A DNA stretch of 64,000 nt, taken from Candidatus Poribacteria bacterium. Lineage in GTDB: Bacteria; Poribacteria; WGA-4E; WGA-3G. Position numbers and translations under genes: made by a program. A model generated the notes under the pieces. That model made no database searches, was not told the DNA's origin, and saw only the letters and a program-made list of their open reading frames with translations. Position 1 is the stretch's first letter, and each line of letters starts with the position of its first letter. The stretch lies in assembly GCA_963665235.2 (NCBI GenBank), contig CAXXLX010000001.1, positions 128,001 to 192,000 of the forward strand, read 5' to 3'. Of this stretch, positions 57,971 through 64,000 are shown piece after piece.

Positions 57971-58606
57971 ATGTCAGATAAAGAGAAAAAACAGGGTACG
58001 AATATTTCACGTCGACGTTTCTTAAAAGGCGTAGGCACCGGTACCGTCGCTGCAACTGTCGCCCCTGCTGTTTTAATCGGAACAGAGGAGACAGCTGAAG
58101 CCCAACAAGAAGGGGCTATTACCAGCGCGACAATTCAATTGAATATCAACGAAAAGGTATATCAAGTTGAAGTCGAAACGCGCACCACGTTGTTGACAGT
58201 TTTACGAGACGGTATAGATACAAGCGGAAACAACGTCGATTTGACAGGTGCCAAACTTATCTGTGACAAAGGTGAGTGTGGCGGATGCACCGTCCTAATA
58301 GATGGTAAACCTGTCTATGCATGCATGATGCTTGCAATGGATGCACAAGGGAAGCAGATTACTACGGTGGAAGGTATCGCAAACGGCGACGCGCTGCACC
58401 CGGTGCAAGAAGCGTTCATCCAGCACGACGCAATGATGTGCGGTTTCTGTACCCCCGGTTTCATCGTTTCATCAGTGGCACTCTTGAACGAAAACAGAAA
58501 ACCGACACCGACAGAAATTAAGGAAGGTTTATCGGGCAATACCTGTCGTTGTGGGACGTATCCGTTTATATTTGATGCAGTCGAAACCGCATCACGGAAA
58601 ATGTAA
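57971..58606 (+). CDS. Tat-exported 2Fe-2S subunit of a xanthine dehydrogenase-family aldehyde oxidoreductase (PaoA/YagT-like)
   Basis: SRRRFLK twin-arginine signal, CDKGECGGCTV, CGFCTPG, CRCGTY. Confidence 0.93.
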   Translation: MSDKEKKQGTNISRRRFLKGVGTGTVAATVAPAVLIGTEETAEAQQEGAITSATIQLNINEKVYQVEVETRTTLLTVLRDGIDTSGNNVDLTGAKLICDKGECGGCTVLIDGKPVYACMMLAMDAQGKQITTVEGIANGDALHPVQEAFIQHDAMMCGFCTPGFIVSSVALLNENRKPTPTEIKEGLSGNTCRCGTYPFIFDAVETASRKM

Positions 58607-58618
58607 GGAGGAAAAGCA

Positions 58619-60739
58619 ATGGCATCATGGGGAGAAGCAAGTCAAGCTCGCCTTATCGGCAAGCGGACCCCCCGTTTGTCGGGTAAGGATAAGGTCACAG
58701 GAAAAGCGAAGTATACCTTTGATATCAATCGACCGGGGATGCTTTATGGCCGCATTTTGCGGTCCGAAGTACCACATGCAACGGTTACAGCTATTGATGT
58801 GAGCCGTGCGGAGCAGCTACCCGGTGTCCAAGCGGTTATTACGCTAATCGCGGTTGGGAATAAGCTGCGCTATCAAGGGCAGGAAATTGCCGCCGTGGCA
58901 GCCGAAACCGATGACATCGCTAAAGATGCACTCCGCTTGATTTCTGTGGACCTGGAAGAATTACCTTTCGTCGCCACAGAGGCGGACGCAATGGCGGAAG
59001 GCGCGCCACAGATTCGGGACGACTGGACAGGAAACCGGAGCAATCCCGGTGTCAACGAACAAGGTGACGTGAAAGCCGGATTCGCTGAAGCCGCCGTTAC
59101 GGTAGAAGCGACCTATCATACCCCCGTTCAGACGCATGTCTGCTTGGAAACACATGGAAATGTCGTTGAATGGACAGACGAGCAGAATTTAACTGTTTGG
59201 GCATCTACGCAAGCCGTTTTTGGGGTGCGCAACGATTTCGCACGCCGCTTTGGACTGCCCGCAAATCAGGTCAGAGTTATAACGGAACATATGGGCGGCG
59301 GTTTTGGAAGTAAATTCGGGCCCGGAGTAGAAGGACATGCAGCAGCTGAATTGGCACGTATCACAGGAAAAGCCGTGAAGTTAATGCTGACCCGGAAGGC
59401 TGAACATCTTGTCGCTGGCAATAGACCTTCCATGACACAACATGTAAAGGCAGGGGCAACGCGAGATGGCCGGCTCATCGCCTATGAGATGCGCGGCTAC
59501 GGCACAGGGGGCATCTCCAGTGGTGCTGGATTCCAAGCACCCTATGTCTACCATGTGCCAAATAGACATACCGAACGTTTTAACGTCGCTGTCAATGCTG
59601 GCAACCAACGCGCAATGCGTGCACCGGGGCATCCGCAAGGGGCTTTCGCAATGGATTCATTGATGGATGAACTCGCGGAGAAATTGGGCATGAATCCGCT
59701 GGAGTTTCGGCGCATTAATGACCCGAGCGAGGTGCGTCAAGCGCAATATACGTTGGGCGCGCAGGAAATCGGGTGGCATCGCCGCAACACCGTTCCCGGT
59801 GCTGGCACAAACGTGAAAAAACGCGGTATGGGCGTTGGCAGTGGTCAATGGGGCGGCGGCGGTGGCGGCGGCACCCAGGCTCGTGTCACTATCAATGCGG
59901 ATGGCACCGTTGAAGCGGTCACAGGGACACAGGACATCGGCACAGGCATTCGCACCGCTATTGCAATTATCGTCGCAGAGGAGCTAGGGCTCGCGCCGCC
60001 CGATATTTCGGTAAAAATTGGAGATAGCGCGCCTGGCTTACCCTCCGGCGGGAGTGGTGGGAGCCAAACAACAGCATCCGTTGCACCGGTTATCAAAACA
60101 GCAACAGCAGCTGCAAAACAGAAATTGTTCGAACATGTCGCCCCCTTATTGCAGGCTCCTGTCGATGACCTGCGCGTCGGGACTGGCACTATCTATGTCG
60201 CCTCCGACCGCACTAAGACAATTACCTGGAAACAGGCAACCGGACAACTCGGTATGGAGAGCATTAGTGAAACCGGGACGTGGGATAGAGACCTCCGACA
60301 AGGCGGAGTCGCCGGCACACAATTCGCCGAAGTTGAGGTTGATACGGAAACCGGACATGTCAAAGTCCTTAAGATTGTCGCCGTTCAAGATTGTGGGCTG
60401 GCGATTAACCGCTTAACAACCGAAAGCCAGATTAATGGCGGGGTTATCATGGGATTAGGGCAAGCCCTCCTAGAGGAACGAATCATGGATGCCCAAACCG
60501 GACGCATGCTTAACGCTAACCTTGAGGATTATAAGGTGCCCGGGACCTTTGAGATGCCTGAAATCAAGTCAATCGTCTTCGATACACACCGCAAGGTTAC
60601 AGGAGTCGGTGAACCCCCATGTATCCCGACGCTCGGGGCTATCGCAAATGCGGTTTACAATGCAATTGGGGTCCGCATCCGAGAACTGCCGATAACGCCG
60701 GATAAAGTGCTCACCGCACTTGCCAAAAAGAAGGCGTAA
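58619..60739 (+). CDS. Molybdopterin-binding subunit (PaoC/YagR-like)
   Basis: DKVTGKAKY, MGGGFGSK, MRAPGHPQG, QDIGTG, SQINGGVIMGLG, GVGEPP. Confidence 0.95.
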   Translation: MASWGEASQARLIGKRTPRLSGKDKVTGKAKYTFDINRPGMLYGRILRSEVPHATVTAIDVSRAEQLPGVQAVITLIAVGNKLRYQGQEIAAVAAETDDIAKDALRLISVDLEELPFVATEADAMAEGAPQIRDDWTGNRSNPGVNEQGDVKAGFAEAAVTVEATYHTPVQTHVCLETHGNVVEWTDEQNLTVWASTQAVFGVRNDFARRFGLPANQVRVITEHMGGGFGSKFGPGVEGHAAAELARITGKAVKLMLTRKAEHLVAGNRPSMTQHVKAGATRDGRLIAYEMRGYGTGGISSGAGFQAPYVYHVPNRHTERFNVAVNAGNQRAMRAPGHPQGAFAMDSLMDELAEKLGMNPLEFRRINDPSEVRQAQYTLGAQEIGWHRRNTVPGAGTNVKKRGMGVGSGQWGGGGGGGTQARVTINADGTVEAVTGTQDIGTGIRTAIAIIVAEELGLAPPDISVKIGDSAPGLPSGGSGGSQTTASVAPVIKTATAAAKQKLFEHVAPLLQAPVDDLRVGTGTIYVASDRTKTITWKQATGQLGMESISETGTWDRDLRQGGVAGTQFAEVEVDTETGHVKVLKIVAVQDCGLAINRLTTESQINGGVIMGLGQALLEERIMDAQTGRMLNANLEDYKVPGTFEMPEIKSIVFDTHRKVTGVGEPPCIPTLGAIANAVYNAIGVRIRELPITPDKVLTALAKKKA

Positions 60740-60751
60740 GGAGGAAGACAA

Positions 60752-61735
60752 ATGGAAAAATTTAGTTACGTCAACGCAACCAGCGTGAAACAGGTCACCT
60801 CCCTATTGCAAGAAAGCGGATGGGGAGAGGTGATGGTGGTAGCAGGCGGTACGGACCTGCTCAGTGAACTCAAAGAGTACATTGAAACCCCCAAGACCTT
60901 GATTAATCTCAAGACACTGCCGGATATGGATAGCATCTCTGTGGCAGCATCCGGGTTAAAAATCGGGGCATTAACCACCGTTGCTGATATCGCCCTGCAC
61001 CCCACAATTCAGGAATATTACACCGTGCTTGCCCAGGCGGCCGCCTCTGTCGCTACACCGCAGATTCGGAACGTCGGCACACTCGGCGGAAATCTCTGCC
61101 AACGGCCCCGGTGCTGGTACTACCGAGATGAGACTATCAACTGTCTCAAGAAGGGTGGAGATATCTGTTATGCTGTTGACGGTTCGAACAAATACCACGC
61201 TATCCTCGGTGGTAATCCGGTTTATATTGTGCATCCTTCGGATATCGCTCCGGCTTTGATTGCGCTGGGCGCGTCGCTCACAATTGTCGGGCCGCAGGGC
61301 AAAAGAACAATTCCGGTTGAGGAATTTTTTACCCTACCGGCGACAAACCCGTTTCGGGAAAATGTGCTTGAACCGAACGAAATCGTGGTTGAAGTCCACG
61401 TGCCGCGCCCCAAACCGAATACGAAGAGCTTTTATCTAAAAGCACGCGAAAAAGGCGCGCCTGACTTCGCATTAGCAAGCGTCGCTGGTGTCTTTGAGAT
61501 GACAGGACAGACGTGTCAAAATGCCAATATCGTCCTCGGCGGCGTGGCACCAGCACCCTGGCGTTCCACAGAAGCGGAAGCCGCACTTACTGGCAAAAGG
61601 ATTGATGAATCGAACAGCAGACAAGCTGGGGCGGACGCTGTTAAAAACGCACAACCCTTGAACGATAACGCATATAAGGTGACCTTAACCCAGAATCTTA
61701 TCAGCCGTGCCGCAATGATGGCAGCAAGCAAATAG
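60752..61735 (+). CDS. FAD-binding subunit (PaoB/YagS-like)
   Basis: AGGTDLL, PQIRNVGTLGGNLCQRPRCWYYR, HPSD, LGGVAPAPWR, NAYKV. Confidence 0.95.
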   Translation: MEKFSYVNATSVKQVTSLLQESGWGEVMVVAGGTDLLSELKEYIETPKTLINLKTLPDMDSISVAASGLKIGALTTVADIALHPTIQEYYTVLAQAAASVATPQIRNVGTLGGNLCQRPRCWYYRDETINCLKKGGDICYAVDGSNKYHAILGGNPVYIVHPSDIAPALIALGASLTIVGPQGKRTIPVEEFFTLPATNPFRENVLEPNEIVVEVHVPRPKPNTKSFYLKAREKGAPDFALASVAGVFEMTGQTCQNANIVLGGVAPAPWRSTEAEAALTGKRIDESNSRQAGADAVKNAQPLNDNAYKVTLTQNLISRAAMMAASK

Positions 61736-61746
61736 GAGGCAGAATA

Positions 61747-61986
61747 ATGTTAGCGGAAAAAACACTTCCAATTTTTAACCGCCCAATATGCCAAGACCTC
61801 CGGACGAAGGCAATTTATATCCCCGGAGGCAACTTGCAGAACCTTGTCGAAAACAATCCAGGAACACATTACTGGTGCAATTGCACGATGCAAGTTGTCG
61901 GGCCGGACGACCAATTTGTGTCACCGGATGCTTGTAAGCAAGCACGTTCCTGTTTTAGTCCTATTGGCGGAAAGCCGGTGGTATAA
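61747..61986 (+). CDS. Small Cys-rich hypothetical protein
   Basis: AGGAGG RBS. CQDLRTK...HYWCNCT...GPDD...C....SCF. Confidence 0.7.
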   Translation: MLAEKTLPIFNRPICQDLRTKAIYIPGGNLQNLVENNPGTHYWCNCTMQVVGPDDQFVSPDACKQARSCFSPIGGKPVV

Positions 61987-62071
61987 AAAATCACGCGAAG
62001 GAAAACGATGGCAGGGCACAGTCCTATATAGTGCTGTCCCTGCCATGTTTCCCGCCTTTGGAATTGTGCCA

Positions 62072-62527
62072 ATGTTTCTCAAACCCTTGATGCAATGGCT
62101 GCATATCGGTTCCGTTGTCCTAATAATAGGCGGTTTTTTTTTCTTTCGCGTTGTGCTCATCCCGCTTGCGAACCGTTTTCCCGATGCCGATACCCTGATA
62201 TCGTCTGCGCTAAAACGTTTCAGCGGCGTTGTGTGGTGTACGTTATTAACCGTGCTGATATCGGGATTGTACAACGTTATCACCTTCTTTCGTGCAGCCC
62301 GTGCATCTGTGGCGGCACCTATCGTATCGGATTATTCGCTGTATATCCTGATTTTAGGCATTAAATTTTTTATCGTCTTTCTAATATTTACCCTAGCCAT
62401 TATCCTCACGCTTCCCTATCCCGTTTTCGACGTGTTTCAAAAAAAACCTTCCCGGTGGTTGAACATCATCGTAGTTTTAGGGTTAATAGTTATCTTTCTA
62501 TCCGCTTTTTTACGGCGGATGGGGTAA
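62072..62527 (+). CDS. CopD-like four-TM membrane protein
   Basis: QWLHIGSVVLIIGG, ISGLYN, LGIKF. Start uncertain (62045 is an alternative). Confidence 0.7.
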   Translation: MFLKPLMQWLHIGSVVLIIGGFFFFRVVLIPLANRFPDADTLISSALKRFSGVVWCTLLTVLISGLYNVITFFRAARASVAAPIVSDYSLYILILGIKFFIVFLIFTLAIILTLPYPVFDVFQKKPSRWLNIIVVLGLIVIFLSAFLRRMG

Positions 62528-62643
62528 ATTCTTGCTTGACAAAAAACACTTCTGCTGCTAAAATAATTTTAGATATTGAAGGCCGCGCTCACGTTTTAGC
62601 ACGCGTAAGCGATAGGGACACCTGATACGAAAGGGAGAAAATC

Positions 62644-63576
62644 ATGAATACTATTGACGATTTCACGCTCAAAAAAAGGAAGTATATGCCAACCTTTCCA
62701 AGAGCTATAGGAAAACCAACCGTCTATATAGATGGCTACCCTTATGAGGACGATGAACCCATGCCCGCTGGTGAACATCAAGGATTACAAGTCAACATAC
62801 TCTTCGATTCACTTAATAGATATTACGAAGATGAGCCTGATGTCCATCCCGGTGTGGACTGCTTCGTATACCATAGAGACGAGAATGGAGTGGAGCGGTG
62901 CTTATCTCCCGACATCTTCATTGCTTTCGGTGTTAAGAAAATGCCGCCCCGCTATAGTTTTTATACCTGGGCGGAGGGCGCGTCCCCTACCGTTGTGTTT
63001 GAGTTCCTCTCAGCCTCAACAGCAGACCGGGACCGTCAGGAGAAACGAGACATCTATTTGAAGACGATGGGCGTTCAAGAATACTTTATACATCAACCAG
63101 ATCCGACCAAACCTGCGGAGTTTCGCGGGTGGAGACGCACGGGTTCAGGCGGAATAGAGGAACTTCCGCCGGGCGCGAACGGTGGGTTGTTCAGTGAGGC
63201 TCTCAATCTGCTATTCCGGTGGGAGGAACGTTCTGATGGTCTCAGACTGTTACGCGCCTATTTGCCGGATGGAACTCCGCTAACGACTTCAGCGGAGGAG
63301 GCACGTCTCAGGAAGCAAGCGGAGGTGATAGCTACGGAGAATGCCGAAATGGCAGCCGAAGAGGCACAACGCAGACGAATTTCCGAAGCAATGGCAGCGG
63401 AGGCAACCGCAGCAGCAGCAACGGAAGCACAACGCAGACAGGAAGCCGAAGCAAACGCAGCAGCAGAAGCACAACGCAGACAGGAAGCCGAAGCAAACGC
63501 AGCAGCAGAAGCACAACGCAGACAGGAACTAGAGACTGAACTAGAAAGACTCCGCTCACAAATAGATGACGCGTAA
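62644..63576 (+). CDS. Uma2 (DUF820) family endonuclease with repetitive coiled-coil tail
   Basis: SPDIFIAFG, PTVVFEFLSAST..RD..EK..IY...GVQEYFI. AEAQRRQEAEANAA 42-bp repeats. Confidence 0.9.
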   Translation: MNTIDDFTLKKRKYMPTFPRAIGKPTVYIDGYPYEDDEPMPAGEHQGLQVNILFDSLNRYYEDEPDVHPGVDCFVYHRDENGVERCLSPDIFIAFGVKKMPPRYSFYTWAEGASPTVVFEFLSASTADRDRQEKRDIYLKTMGVQEYFIHQPDPTKPAEFRGWRRTGSGGIEELPPGANGGLFSEALNLLFRWEERSDGLRLLRAYLPDGTPLTTSAEEARLRKQAEVIATENAEMAAEEAQRRRISEAMAAEATAAAATEAQRRQEAEANAAAEAQRRQEAEANAAAEAQRRQELETELERLRSQIDDA

Positions 63577-63765
63577 AACCGCCGCATAGTTCCACACCCT
63601 TGGGTGTCACTTCGTTCAACCTATGCGCGCGGGATTTTCCCGCCCGCTTTGATAGATAACCCTGCACTGCTATCTATTAGCAAGCAGTGTTGCAAACTAT
63701 GCAGTTACAGACGAAAATGATAGTTTTGTCTACGAATGTATAGGTTAAATTTATTGAGAAAAAAG

Positions 63766-64000
63766 ATGAAAGTTTTGAGTAAGGAAGACCTCGCTTTTTG
63801 GAAAGAGCACGGTTACGTTGTAATTCGCGATGCTGCACCACCGCCGTTAATCGAGAACGCTGCCCAGGCGGTCTGGGATTTCCTGGAGATGGATGCGGAT
63901 GTATCAGAGAGCTGGTACCCTGACCCGCCACGCGGAAGCATTATGGTGGAAATCTATCAGCATCCGGCGTTATGGGCAACCCGTCAATCCCCGCGGGTCC
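63766..64000 (+). CDS. PhyH-family dioxygenase, N-terminal part (3' partial)
   Basis: Hand translation: MKVLSKEDLAFWKEHGYVVIRDA...MVEIYQHPALWATRQSPRV. Confidence 0.75.
   Translation, partial: MKVLSKEDLAFWKEHGYVVIRDAAPPPLIENAAQAVWDFLEMDADVSESWYPDPPRGSIMVEIYQHPALWATRQSPRV

Noticed and set aside
63340-63540. Separate repeat element in the Uma2 tail
   Set aside because: In-frame coiled-coil repeats are common in Uma2 proteins.

Overview
This 64-kb window is from a diderm bacterium (waaA/kdtA present). The gene content (several PhyH dioxygenases, many Gfo/Idh/MocA and TIM-barrel sugar enzymes, long TPR and WD40 proteins, Uma2 nuclease) resembles sponge-symbiont Candidatus Poribacteria; this assignment is inference only. 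Housekeeping genes: DinG-type helicase end, sppA, pgi, NtrY/NtrX-like two-component pair, pilD, rpsU, groES-groEL, waaA, trxA and a Tat-exported PaoABC/YagTSR-like molybdo-flavoenzyme. Mobile DNA: an intact tnpB-only IS200/IS605 element, a decayed second IS605-type element just upstream of trxA, several GTAG-type REP-like palindromes and a composite dispersed 8-mer/9-mer repeat family. No rRNA, tRNA or CRISPR array was seen. Best candidates for undescribed systems: (1) a translationally coupled ParA-ATPase plus RelA/SpoT small alarmone synthetase pair; (2) a beta/gamma-crystallin plus long flotillin operon divergent from sppA; (3) an NMP-kinase/nucleoside-deoxyribosyltransferase fusion coupled to RimK and a GT4 glycosyltransferase; (4) head-to-head WD40-trypsin and trypsin-TPR genes with hypervariable repeats; (5) a TPR fused to a restriction-modification target-recognition domain; (6) an ECF-sigma cassette with a Cys-rich secreted protein. 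All family calls come from motif recognition by eye, not database searches.
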